From positions 3,392,001 to 3,456,000 of the forward strand of contig OZ245046.1 in the NCBI GenBank assembly GCA_965224245.1: a stretch of 64,000 bases of DNA, read 5' to 3'. The notes under the pieces are model-generated. The model worked only from the letters and a program-made list of their open reading frames with translations, was not told the DNA's origin and ran no database searches. The stretch is from Candidatus Eiseniibacteriota bacterium. GTDB lineage: Bacteria; Eisenbacteria; RBG-16-71-46; CAZAMP01. How positions within the stretch are numbered: the first letter of the stretch is position 1; the number at the start of each line of letters is the position of its first letter. Below are positions 49,852 to 59,491 of the stretch, piece by piece. The position numbers and the translations under genes were made by a program.

Positions 49852-50627
49852 GCCTGGCCAGCGCGATCTACCGCGGACGCCTCGTCCACCACCGCCGGGG
49901 GCCGGTCCGGCACCGGTTCGGCCATCCGGTCGCGATGCTGTACCTCGACCTGGACGAGCTGGGCGCGGTGTTCGATCACCGGGCGATGTGGTCGCGCACC
50001 CGCTCCGCACCGGGACGCTTCGTACGGGCCGACTATCTCGGCGATCCCAGGATCCCGCTGAGCACGGCGGTTCGGGACGCGGTGGCGTCGAGCACCGGCG
50101 AGGCACCGACCGGCCCCATCCGGATGCTGACGTACGTGCGCATGTTCGGCTACTGTTTCAATCCGGTGACGTTCTACTACTGCTTCGACGCCGACGGCGT
50201 GCGGGTCGAAGCCGTCGTCGCCGAGGTCACGAACACGCCGTGGCGGGAACGACACGCGTACGTGCTCAGCGAGCCCGAGACGGTCGGAGGCGACGCGCGC
50301 CTTCGGTTCCGCACCGCGAAGCGGCTCCACGTGTCGCCGTTCATGCCCATGACGGTGGAGCACGTCTGGCGCTTCACGACGCCGGGCGATCGTCTCCACG
50401 TTCACATGTCGAATCTGGATGCCGGTCGCCCCACCTTCGACGCGACGCTGGCACTGGAGCGGGAGCCCATGACGAGCCTCAACCTGAACCTCTTGCTCGT
50501 GAGAAACCCGTTCATGACGCTCCAGGTCGTGGGTGCCATCCACTGGCAGGCCCTGCGACTGTGGCTGAAGCGCTGCCCGTTCCACCCCCACCCGTCGAAG
50601 GACACCCGAGAGGTCGAGGAGCCATGA
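49848..50627 (+). CDS. DUF1365 family protein (UfaO-like)
   Basis: [47 protein letters not shown]. Confidence 0.9.
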   Translation: MSLASAIYRGRLVHHRRGPVRHRFGHPVAMLYLDLDELGAVFDHRAMWSRTRSAPGRFVRADYLGDPRIPLSTAVRDAVASSTGEAPTGPIRMLTYVRMFGYCFNPVTFYYCFDADGVRVEAVVAEVTNTPWRERHAYVLSEPETVGGDARLRFRTAKRLHVSPFMPMTVEHVWRFTTPGDRLHVHMSNLDAGRPTFDATLALEREPMTSLNLNLLLVRNPFMTLQVVGAIHWQALRLWLKRCPFHPHPSKDTREVEEP

Positions 50628-51865
50628 ACACCTCCACATTGACCCGCCCGCACCGGAGCGGCCGCCTGTCCATCGACGGCGTCGCCGCCCGCGTCGTTCG
50701 CCGGGCGTTCGCGCGTATCGGGCATGGACGACTCGACGTGAGAACGGGGTCGGACTCGCGATCCTACGGCGACGAGGATTCCGACCTGCACGCGCGCGTC
50801 GTCGTGCACGACGACCGCCTGTTCGGCGCCGCGCTCGCGCACGGGAGCGCTGGCATCGGCCGTGCCTATGCCCGCGGCTGGTGGACGACCGACGACCTGC
50901 CTGCCGTGATCGCTCTCTTCGCCCGGAACGACGCCGCGCTCTCGTCGCTGACGCCGATCGCGCGCTGGGTCGGGGATCCGATACGTCGGATCGCCGCATG
51001 GCGTCGCCGCAACAGCCGGTCCGGGAGCCGGCGCAACGTCCGTTCTCACTACGATCTCGGCAACGCGTTCTTCGAGCTCTTCCTGGATCCGACGATGACC
51101 TACTCCTGCGCGCTCTTCGAGACGCCGGAAGCGACGCTGGAAGCGGCCTCGATCGCGAAGCTGGATCGCGTCTGCGAGACGCTGGCGATCGGCTCGTCCG
51201 ACCACGTGCTGGAGATCGGCTCGGGCTGGGGCAGCTTCGCGATCCATGCGGCCCGCACCCGGGGCTGTCGCGTCACCACGACCACGATCTCGCGCGAGCA
51301 GCACGCCGTGGCCCGGCGGCGCGTCGCCGAGGCCGGGCTGTCCGATCGCGTCGACGTCCGACTCGACGACTACCGCGATCTCCGCGGGCGCTACGACAAG
51401 CTCGTGTCCATCGAGATGATCGAGGCCGTGGGCGCCCGGCACCTGGACGCCTACATCGGCACCTGCTCGTCGCTTCTTCGTCCACACGGTGCGATGCTGC
51501 TCCAGGCGATCCTCATTCGCGACCACCTGTATGCGCGCGCGCTCTCGTCGATCGACTTCATCAAGTCCGAGATCTTCCCCGGCACGTTCATGCCGTCGCT
51601 GACCGCGATCACGCGGAGCATGTCGCGCGTGTCGGATCTCGTCGTGTCCGATCTGTTCGAGATGACCGCTCACTACGCCGAGACGCTCGCGCGCTGGCGT
51701 CGCGCGCTCCTCGCGAACGCGGAGCGCGTCGTGGCACTCGGGTTCGACGAGACGTTCGTTCGGCTCTGGGAGTTCTACCTGGCCTACTGCGAGGCCGGAT
51801 TCCGTGAACGCCGGATCGGAGACGCCCAGATCCTCCTCACCAAGCCATCGTGGGGCCCGTCGTGA
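50624..51865 (+). CDS. Cyclopropane-fatty-acid synthase family methyltransferase (UfaM/CfaS-like)
   Basis: [38 protein letters not shown]. Confidence 0.92.
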   Translation: MNTSTLTRPHRSGRLSIDGVAARVVRRAFARIGHGRLDVRTGSDSRSYGDEDSDLHARVVVHDDRLFGAALAHGSAGIGRAYARGWWTTDDLPAVIALFARNDAALSSLTPIARWVGDPIRRIAAWRRRNSRSGSRRNVRSHYDLGNAFFELFLDPTMTYSCALFETPEATLEAASIAKLDRVCETLAIGSSDHVLEIGSGWGSFAIHAARTRGCRVTTTTISREQHAVARRRVAEAGLSDRVDVRLDDYRDLRGRYDKLVSIEMIEAVGARHLDAYIGTCSSLLRPHGAMLLQAILIRDHLYARALSSIDFIKSEIFPGTFMPSLTAITRSMSRVSDLVVSDLFEMTAHYAETLARWRRALLANAERVVALGFDETFVRLWEFYLAYCEAGFRERRIGDAQILLTKPSWGPS

Positions 51866-52653
51866 TCGACTGGACCCTCGCGGCGTGGGCCTGGCTGGGA
51901 TCGGCGGCCCTGATGGGAATCCTCTGGCTCGTTCAGCTCCGGACGCGCAACGCCGCGATCGTCGACGTGGGTTGGGCCGCCAGCCTCGGCCTGATCGCGG
52001 TGGGCTACGGGCTCGGCGCCGGCGGTGGCGCCGTGCATCGCGCGCTGATCGCCGCCGTCGCCGGGTCCTGGGGGCTCAGGCTCGCGTGGCATCTCCTTCG
52101 CGATCGCGTGCAGAATGCGCCGGAGGAAGGACGTTACGCCGCGCTCCGCGCGCGCTGGGGCGACCGAGCGGATGCGTGGCTCCTCGCGTTCTTCCAGGCG
52201 CAGGCGCTCCTGGCCGCGGGGCTCTCGCTGCCGATGCTGGCGGTCGCCTCGCGTGTCAGCGAGTCGCTCGTGGTCGGCGAGATCATCGGCGTCGTGCTCG
52301 TCGGGATCGGCGTCGTCGGCGAGTCCATCGCCGATCGCCAGCTGAGCCGGTTCAAGCGGCGGCCGGGGACCGACGGTCAGGTCTGCCGGGAGGGCCTCTG
52401 GAAGGTATCGCGACACCCCAACTACTTCTTCGAGTGGCTGGTGTGGTGTGGCTACGCGGTGATGGCGTGGGGCGCCCCGGGCGGCTGGACGGGCCTCGTC
52501 GCCGCCGCGGTCATGCTGGTGCTCATCCTGAAGGTCACCGGGATCCCGCCGACCGAGGCCCAGGCGCTGCGTAGCCGTGGCGCAGCCTACCGCGCGTATC
52601 AGGAGACCGTCAGCCCGTTCGTGCCGTGGCCCACCCGCCGGGCGCTCTCATGA
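51862..52653 (+). CDS. DUF1295 membrane protein (steroid 5-alpha-reductase-like)
   Basis: [26 protein letters not shown]. Confidence 0.9.
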   Translation: MIDWTLAAWAWLGSAALMGILWLVQLRTRNAAIVDVGWAASLGLIAVGYGLGAGGGAVHRALIAAVAGSWGLRLAWHLLRDRVQNAPEEGRYAALRARWGDRADAWLLAFFQAQALLAAGLSLPMLAVASRVSESLVVGEIIGVVLVGIGVVGESIADRQLSRFKRRPGTDGQVCREGLWKVSRHPNYFFEWLVWCGYAVMAWGAPGGWTGLVAAAVMLVLILKVTGIPPTEAQALRSRGAAYRAYQETVSPFVPWPTRRALS

Positions 52654-53693
52654 CCTGGATCGAGCGCATACTGGAGCGCGACGTCGTTCCCGATCGGCTC
52701 ATCCGGATGGGCATTCGCCGCCGGCTGGCCGATCGCCTGCTCCGGAGCCGCCGGGGATCGGTGGAAGAGGCCCACGACCGCCTGCGCGAGCTGATCGGCT
52801 CGCTGCGCGAGAGTCCGATCGCGATCCACACCGAGGACGCCAACGCACAGCACTACGAGATCCCGCCCCGCTTCTTCGAGCTGATCCTGGGCAAGCACCT
52901 GAAGTACAGCTCCGCATACTTCGGACCCGGCACCCAGGATCTCGACGACGCGGAGGCCGAGATGCTCCGGCGCTACGAGGAGCGGGCCCGCATCCAGGAC
53001 GGGATGCGCGTGCTCGATCTCGGCTGCGGATGGGGCTCGTTCACGCTCTGGCTGGCCGGCCGTCACCGTGGCTGCCGGATCACGGCAGTCAGCAACTCCA
53101 CCCCCCAGCGCCTCCACATCGAGGCCGAGGCCCGGCGCCGCGGGCTCGACAACGTGCGCGTCGTCACCTGCGACGTCAACGCGCTGGAGCTGGATCGCAC
53201 CTTCGACCGCATCGTCTCGGTGGAGATGTTCGAGCACGTACGCAACTACGAGGCACTGATGCGCCGCCTCGCCGATCTGCTCGTTCCCGACGGCAAGCTC
53301 TTCGTACACATCTTCAGCCACCGGGAGACGGCGTATCCATTCCAGGAGGAGGGACCGAACGACTGGATGGCCCGGCACTTCTTCACTGGCGGGATGATGC
53401 CGTCGGATTCGCTCCTCATGTACTTCCAGCGTGACCTCCTGCTCGAGGACCACTGGCGCCTGGACGGGACGCACTACGCGAAGACGGCCGAGGCGTGGCT
53501 CGCGAACCTCGATTCGCGCCGCGCGGAGGCCATGGCGGTGCTGGCGGACGTGTACGGCGCATCGAACGCCCGCCAATGGTGGGTTCGCTGGCGCATCTTC
53601 TTCATGGCCTGTGCCGAGCTCTGGGGCTACGAGGGCGGGCGCGCGTGGCTGGTCTCGCACTACCTCTTCGAGCCTCGTCCGTCGCTGCGGTAG
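52650..53693 (+). CDS. Second CFA-family SAM-dependent methyltransferase
   Basis: [37 protein letters not shown]. Confidence 0.9.
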   Translation: MTWIERILERDVVPDRLIRMGIRRRLADRLLRSRRGSVEEAHDRLRELIGSLRESPIAIHTEDANAQHYEIPPRFFELILGKHLKYSSAYFGPGTQDLDDAEAEMLRRYEERARIQDGMRVLDLGCGWGSFTLWLAGRHRGCRITAVSNSTPQRLHIEAEARRRGLDNVRVVTCDVNALELDRTFDRIVSVEMFEHVRNYEALMRRLADLLVPDGKLFVHIFSHRETAYPFQEEGPNDWMARHFFTGGMMPSDSLLMYFQRDLLLEDHWRLDGTHYAKTAEAWLANLDSRRAEAMAVLADVYGASNARQWWVRWRIFFMACAELWGYEGGRAWLVSHYLFEPRPSLR

Positions 53694-53780
53694 AATGGCA
53701 GCTCACCATTCGTTCGGGGATCGCTCCTGGCTCCCCGGTCGCATCCCGCACGTGCCATTGCGTGCGGACGTGGAGGGATC

Positions 53781-56120
53781 ATGAGCCGAGCCCCGTTCGT
53801 CGTCGTGCTGGCGTCGCTCCTCGCGGCTGCCGTGTCGGAGGCCGATCCGAGCCCGAGCCTCCAGCTGGGCACCCTTCCCCACCGGGCCGGTGAGGCGCCC
53901 TGGCGGATCGCGGTCCCGATCGACGACGTCGTCGTGGCGTTCGACGCGTCCGACGTCCGTCTGGCCGTGCGACCCTCGCCCGTGGACGATCGCGCGTGGC
54001 TCGTGTTCACCGCGAACGGGGTCGGTCCGGCCAGCGGCCTCCTTCGCGTCCGGGACGCGGACGGTGGCGTGCGCGCGATCGCGGTGGCCGCGGACGTGGC
54101 CGACGTCTCCGAGTTCGACGGGCTCCTGCTCCGCGGGACCGAGCCGGGCGACGTCATCGAACGCTACCTCCGGCCCGGCGACGCTCGGATCGACCGGATC
54201 GACCTGGCGCGCGCCCGGATCGCGACCGTGAGCGCGGCGTCCGCGACGACCGGTCCCGCCGACGACGACGCCGGGTGGCTCCACGTCCGCGTCCAGCTCC
54301 AGAGCGGCGTCGGCGAGTGCGACGGCGTCCTGCGCGGCACCGACGCGCGGGGGCCGGTCGCGGTGCCGGTGCACGTGTCGCTCCTCGAGTCGATCACGGT
54401 GCTCGGGGGCGCATCGCTCGCCACCGGCTTCGTGCCGCGCCGGGTGAGGCCCATCGAGGAGCGCCTCCTCGGCTCCCGCTACGCCGCTCGGGTGGGCATC
54501 CTGGGACGCCGTGGCGACATGAGGCTGCTGCGGATCCTCGCCGCGACGGCCGACCCGGAGGGCCTGCAGCTGACGACACGCGGGTTCTTCGACGTCGCCG
54601 AGGGCCCATCGCCCACCGATCGCGTGCACCTGTCCCGCCTCCGACACCTCGGCGGCGACGTCACCGGCTCGCGCTTGCTGACGCTCAGCCCCGGACAGGC
54701 GGCGGTGTTCGATCCGATCGAGGGTCTCGTCGCGCGTCACACCGACCCGCTTCTCGCGCGTCTGGGCGCGGCGTGCTCCAGTCGGCTCGCGCGCAACCGC
54801 GTCTTCGCCATCACCGGCGACGGCGGTGGCGAGTGGTTCCTGGCCAGCTTCCGGGCACGGCAGAGTCCCGGCGGCACCGAGCTGCGCGGCACCCGGTACG
54901 AACCGTCGCTGCAGGAGCTTCTCGGGCGACCCCAGCTGTTCGTCGGCGACCTCGCGCCCATCCGTTACCGCCTGGGCGCGCGACTTCACGAGCGGCTCCT
55001 GGTCGGGGTCGGGACCGAGAGCGGCCAGCTCCGGCTCGTCGAGCTCGCCCGCAACGGCGCCACGATCGCGGGTCGCGTGCGCCATGCCCTCGAGGTCGGC
55101 GATCCATCGGTGCTGCCGGACGTACGGCTGACCCGGCTCCCGTCCCGGCGGGTCGGATCCGCCGGGCTGCCGGCGCGGGTACGCGTGATCGTGCCGCGGC
55201 AGGAGCTCCGGGTCCTCTCGGTGAACGAGCCGGGGAGCTGGACGCGTCTGGGGCGCGAGAGCATCGGAAGCACCGCGGCCGGAACCGGCGTGGCGCTGGC
55301 GCGTCAGAGCTTCCTCATCGGCGGTCCCGACGGCCGGGGCGGCACCGACCTGATCCGCTACGCGGTCGACGGCGGAGCCCTCGTGGCACGTGCGCTCGGC
55401 AGCCTGCCCGAGGTCGCCGCGCGGCACTATCGAGCATCGGGGCGCCGCGAGCACGCCTGGCTCGTGGGCACCGACCCGCGCGGCGGCGGGCAGGTGCGGT
55501 TCGTCACGAACGGCCTCGCCGCCGGGACCAATCTCCCGCCGATCGTGGATGCCGGAGCCGACTTCCGGACCACGGAGTCTCGCGTCCGTCTGCGCGCCCG
55601 TCCGCGTGACGCGAACGGGGACCCGATCTCGGTCCGCTGGTTCGGTGAGGGCGTCGAGTTCACCGATCGCTTTGCGCGGCGCACGTTCGCGTTCGTGCGC
55701 CCGGGACGCACGCAGGTGGGCGTAATGGCCCGCGAGAGTGGCGTCGCCACCGCGGGGATCGCGCTCGAGGACGTCGATGCGCTCGTCGTCCGCTTCGACG
55801 ACGTGCTCGCCGCCGACTCCGGCGATGCGGGGACAGCGGGCCTGGCCACCGCGCTGGGCCGACCCGAGCCGAACCCCGCGAGCGCGCACACGACGCTCCC
55901 GTTCACGCTCGCCTCCGGGACCCGCGTGCGCATCGACGTGTTCGACGTGACGGGACGGCGCGTGCGAGAGCTCCTCGACGACCACCTCGGGGCGGGCGGC
56001 CACGACGTCGCCTGGGACGGCGCGCTCGCCGACGGCACCGCCGCGCCCAACGGCGTGTACTGGGTTCGGCTGCGGGCCGGCGATCGATCCTCCGAGCGAC
56101 GCGTCGTGCTGACCCGGTGA
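53781..56120 (+). CDS. Secreted hypothetical protein with PKD-like and FlgD-Ig C-terminal domains
   Basis: Signal peptide; NLPPIVDAGAD...DANGDPI..RW; tail PNP...FDVTGRRVREL...WDG...NGVYW. Confidence 0.75.
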   Translation: MSRAPFVVVLASLLAAAVSEADPSPSLQLGTLPHRAGEAPWRIAVPIDDVVVAFDASDVRLAVRPSPVDDRAWLVFTANGVGPASGLLRVRDADGGVRAIAVAADVADVSEFDGLLLRGTEPGDVIERYLRPGDARIDRIDLARARIATVSAASATTGPADDDAGWLHVRVQLQSGVGECDGVLRGTDARGPVAVPVHVSLLESITVLGGASLATGFVPRRVRPIEERLLGSRYAARVGILGRRGDMRLLRILAATADPEGLQLTTRGFFDVAEGPSPTDRVHLSRLRHLGGDVTGSRLLTLSPGQAAVFDPIEGLVARHTDPLLARLGAACSSRLARNRVFAITGDGGGEWFLASFRARQSPGGTELRGTRYEPSLQELLGRPQLFVGDLAPIRYRLGARLHERLLVGVGTESGQLRLVELARNGATIAGRVRHALEVGDPSVLPDVRLTRLPSRRVGSAGLPARVRVIVPRQELRVLSVNEPGSWTRLGRESIGSTAAGTGVALARQSFLIGGPDGRGGTDLIRYAVDGGALVARALGSLPEVAARHYRASGRREHAWLVGTDPRGGGQVRFVTNGLAAGTNLPPIVDAGADFRTTESRVRLRARPRDANGDPISVRWFGEGVEFTDRFARRTFAFVRPGRTQVGVMARESGVATAGIALEDVDALVVRFDDVLAADSGDAGTAGLATALGRPEPNPASAHTTLPFTLASGTRVRIDVFDVTGRRVRELLDDHLGAGGHDVAWDGALADGTAAPNGVYWVRLRAGDRSSERRVVLTR

Positions 56121-57562
56121 CCGCGCGCTCTCGCCGCGGCTTCCTGGCCGCGGGCGTGCGCGCGGCGCTGGGCCTCTCGCTCGCCGGCGTGTCCGGTGTG
56201 AACGCGCGGGGACTCGGGGTGGGGGGCCGCGCGAACGGCGAGCCAGAAGCCTCCGCGCGGACGGCCGCCGGCGCGGGAACGCCCGGCGACCCGCGGGATC
56301 TCGCGGGGCCGGAGCCGGAGTACGCCGCTGCCCTCGACGAGCTGCTCTGCGTCTACGATCAGGTGCGCGCCTCGCACCTCCTGCGCGAGATCGTCGAGAT
56401 CGTCCGCCACGCGTCCGACGCCACGCGCCTTCACGTTCTGGTCTCGCCCGCGCTGCGGGACGAGGCCGAGGCCCGCTTCTCGGCGCACGGCGTCGGCAAT
56501 CTCCGCATCGTGCCCATCGAGGCCGAGTCCCTGTCGGGTAGCTGGGGCCGCGACATCCTGCAGGTGACGCGGTCGGGGCGCGGGCGCCGGATCGCGCACG
56601 TACCGTGGCACAAGCAGGCGACCACGCGCGAGGAGCTCCGCGAGTCCGAGGTCCGGCTGGCTCCCCTCGCCCACGACGACCTCGACGTCCGCCTGCTGCC
56701 CGCGGCGTTCGAGGGCGGGAATCTGATGGCCGATCGCACCTCGGAGGGCCGCCGGGTGCTCTTCGCCGGCTCGACGATCGCCGTCGAGACGAGAGCGCTC
56801 TACCAACGCTGGTACGACTCGACGATCGGCTCGGCCGACGTGGCACGCGTGCTCGCGGACGGCCTGGGAGTGGACGAGGTGGTCTGGATCGGTCCTCGCG
56901 ATCGATCCGGACACCTCGCTCGCCAGCCTCGTCTCCTCTTTCACGTCGACATGGGCATGACCCTCGTGGCGCCGGGCACCGCCGTCGTCGCACGGATGGA
57001 CCCCGAGGCCCCCTGGCCGAGCGCGCATCGCGAGCTGATCGCGGCCGAGCTCGCCCGGACGCGTGAGGCGCTCGAGCGCCGCCGGCGTCTCGGGGTCCCG
57101 ATCGACTCGCTCGCGGCGGTGCCCGCCGCGGCCGCCACGGACTCGGTCGTGGCCGCGCGCGAGCTCGAGGAACGCCGCGCGCTCGCGGACGCGGCCGCGC
57201 ACCTCGAGGACACGGCCACGCGCCTGTCCGATCGGGGCTACCGGGTCCATCGGCTCGACACCGAGCCCGAGCGCGCGAGGCGCTTCCAGTCGTACGTGAA
57301 CGTCATCCCGTCGCGGGATCGGCTGATCGTTCCGATTTACCCGTCGATCGACCGGGTTCACGGGTGGGTCGTTCCCGGGCGTGGTGGGCGCGATCGTGTC
57401 GACCTCGAGCTCGGGCTGCGCGACAGCGCGTTCGCGCTGGAGGGGGGGAACCTGGCCGCGCTGGAGCTGTTCCGAACGCTTCATCCCGACGTTCGGCTCG
57501 TGCGGGACTACTTCTTTCTGGCCAGCGGAAACGTGCACTGCGTGATCGGTCGCGTCGGCTGA
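56117..57562 (+). CDS. Tat-exported pentein-fold (agmatine/peptidylarginine deiminase-like) enzyme
   Basis: SRRGFL twin-arginine signal; WGRD, EGGN, FHVDM, SYVN, GNVHC; GTGA overlap with the upstream gene. Confidence 0.75.
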   Translation: MTARSRRGFLAAGVRAALGLSLAGVSGVNARGLGVGGRANGEPEASARTAAGAGTPGDPRDLAGPEPEYAAALDELLCVYDQVRASHLLREIVEIVRHASDATRLHVLVSPALRDEAEARFSAHGVGNLRIVPIEAESLSGSWGRDILQVTRSGRGRRIAHVPWHKQATTREELRESEVRLAPLAHDDLDVRLLPAAFEGGNLMADRTSEGRRVLFAGSTIAVETRALYQRWYDSTIGSADVARVLADGLGVDEVVWIGPRDRSGHLARQPRLLFHVDMGMTLVAPGTAVVARMDPEAPWPSAHRELIAAELARTREALERRRRLGVPIDSLAAVPAAAATDSVVAARELEERRALADAAAHLEDTATRLSDRGYRVHRLDTEPERARRFQSYVNVIPSRDRLIVPIYPSIDRVHGWVVPGRGGRDRVDLELGLRDSAFALEGGNLAALELFRTLHPDVRLVRDYFFLASGNVHCVIGRVG

Positions 57563-57625
57563 CGAACGACCGGTCGAGCGGACACCGCGATCGACTCCGA
57601 AATCCTCGCGTTCCGACCGAATCCG

Positions 57626-57653
57626 ACCGGAATGATGCAGTTGCACCATGGCG
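57626..57653 (+). promoter_or_regulatory. Conserved palindromic upstream element, copy 3
   Basis: ACCGGAATGATGCAGTTGCACCATGGCG; 25 of 28 positions match the reverse complement of 34235-34262. Confidence 0.65.
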
Positions 57654-57794
57654 AAACCGCTCCTTCCTCTGGTTGAATCGGCGTCGATCGCGGCCCGAGC
57701 AACGTGAGCAGTCCATCCCGTCCGGCTGCGCGCCCGTTCCGCTGCCGCCCCGCGTTCCGCCAGACTCGCCCGTCTCGAATGTGGGAGGTACGCC

Positions 57795-58376
57795 ATGAGA
57801 CGTCTCGTGACCGCGGGCGCGCTGGTCGGCGCGCTCACGCTCGTTGCGGCATCGGCGCCGCGCGGGGAAGTGATCGACTGTGCCGCCAGCACGTTCCCCG
57901 ACTGCATCCGCGTCTGTCCCGAGGGCGACGTGGACCTGCCGGTCACGCTGGTCGGTACGAGCGGCAACCCGATCGCGGGTGCCGTGGTTCGCCTGATCGT
58001 GTCCGCGATGTGCACGTACACGGGAACTGACGGGGTGCTGCCGTGCCCCGGCGCGGCCTATCCGGTCGTGACCGGCGTGACCGATGCCTCGGGTCGGGTC
58101 GACTTCTCGCTTCCGTGGAGCGGGTGCTGCAGCGGATCGGGCGCCGTCTCGATGGAGGTGGATCCGGGCGCGGTGGTGTGCGTCAGCTACGACTCGATCG
58201 GGTCGGTCGACTCGCACTATCCGCTGGACGGAGTCGTCGGGCTGGCCGACTTCGTCGTCTTCCAGATGGCGTTCCTGAGCACCGACACCTGTCACGACTA
58301 CTACGGGTGCGACGACTTCGTGGCGCTGGCCGACTTCGTCGTCTTCCAGACGCACTTCCTGCACGCGTGCCCGTGA
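57795..58376 (+). CDS. Secreted Cys-rich protein with Ig-like region and dockerin-like C-terminus
   Basis: Signal peptide; 11 Cys; duplicated V.LADFVVFQ helix; GGGAGG RBS. Confidence 0.75.
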   Translation: MRRLVTAGALVGALTLVAASAPRGEVIDCAASTFPDCIRVCPEGDVDLPVTLVGTSGNPIAGAVVRLIVSAMCTYTGTDGVLPCPGAAYPVVTGVTDASGRVDFSLPWSGCCSGSGAVSMEVDPGAVVCVSYDSIGSVDSHYPLDGVVGLADFVVFQMAFLSTDTCHDYYGCDDFVALADFVVFQTHFLHACP

Positions 58377-58514
58377 TCGGAGACCCCGACGCGTGATGCG
58401 CCGCGTGGCCCGGTGCGTCGCCGTGCCGCGCGGCCGCCTCGTCCTCCGGGACCGAGTTCGCGGACGCCTCGACGGTGGGCCCGGCCGGGGGGATCCGATC
58501 AGCCTGGGGGCGGT

Positions 58515-59267
58515 CTAGCTGGAGCGTCGCGACCGGCGGCGCAGCACGCCGATACCGGCCAGCCCCAGACCGAAGAGCGCGACCGTCCCCGGCTCGGGAA
58601 CCGGCTCTCCGATCGGCGTACCGGTGAACAGGAAGTCCCCGCGCTCGGCGCCGTCGAAGTCGAGCCAGCCGTCGGCGACGAGGGCCCCGGCGTACTCCGG
58701 GAAGTCCTCCAGACGGTAGCCGTTGTCGGCGAACCGGAACGAGTACGGATGGTCGCCCTGCTTGTCGGTCAACAGGATCGGCATGCGAGCGGTGTTCCCG
58801 CCCACGTCGAACAGGGGTGTGATCGAGCCGTTGTTCGCGGCATCCTCGGCCCCGATCCGGACGTTGGCCCCGTCGTCGCCCGACACGATGTTGACCCGGT
58901 ACGTGAAGTCGACGCTCCAGTATCCCAGCCACGGGTCTCCGAAGTAGCCGAGCCCGCGGTCGAGCCCGCCGTACACCGTTCCGAAGATCCGGACGGTGTC
59001 GTCGCCGAGCGAGCCGTCGCCCGCCGTGCCGCCGTCGTCGTATCGCAGCTTCATGTCGGTGCCGGCGCGCTCGTTGAAGTCGAACGTGAACCGGTCGATG
59101 TACGGCGTGACGTCGTAGAGCTCGTCGAGCCGCATGCCGTAGATCGGGGGTGCCAGCGAGCCGTCCGGATGGTTCGCGAGCTGAAAGAAGTACTGGGTCG
59201 CATCCGCCGTCGTGGACGACGTCAGGATCAGAGCCGAGACGGCCGCGAGCCGCGTGAGTCCGTTCAT
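58515..59267 (-). CDS. PEP-CTERM sorting-domain protein
   Basis: Signal peptide; ends VPEPGTVALFGLGLAGIGVLRRRSRRSS. Confidence 0.92.
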   Translation of the reverse strand: MNGLTRLAAVSALILTSSTTADATQYFFQLANHPDGSLAPPIYGMRLDELYDVTPYIDRFTFDFNERAGTDMKLRYDDGGTAGDGSLGDDTVRIFGTVYGGLDRGLGYFGDPWLGYWSVDFTYRVNIVSGDDGANVRIGAEDAANNGSITPLFDVGGNTARMPILLTDKQGDHPYSFRFADNGYRLEDFPEYAGALVADGWLDFDGAERGDFLFTGTPIGEPVPEPGTVALFGLGLAGIGVLRRRSRRSS

Positions 59268-59324
59268 CGTGGTGCTCCGTCGAAGGGGTCACCGCCGAGA
59301 CGTGCTCGGGGCACCCGGTCTCCG

Positions 59325-59460
59325 TGCAGGCGCCGAGCCCCGTGCGTGCGCACCGTCACCGGGGAGTCGCACGAGCCGGGCATCCATCATCCATGTCGCC
59401 CTGCGCGGATGGGATTTGTAACGTACAGTTTACGATATGGGTCGCGGATGGGCTTGTAAA
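59325..59460 (-). promoter_or_regulatory. Sigma54-like promoter with upstream TTACA enhancer-like boxes
   Basis: Minus strand GGGCTCGGCGCCTGCA (GG-N10-GC) at 59340-59325; near-direct repeats CGCGGATGGG(AT/C)TTGTAA at 59404-59421 and 59443-59459. Confidence 0.5.
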
Positions 59461-59491
59461 GCGGTGAATCGACAATCGTTCGGTTCCCGGC

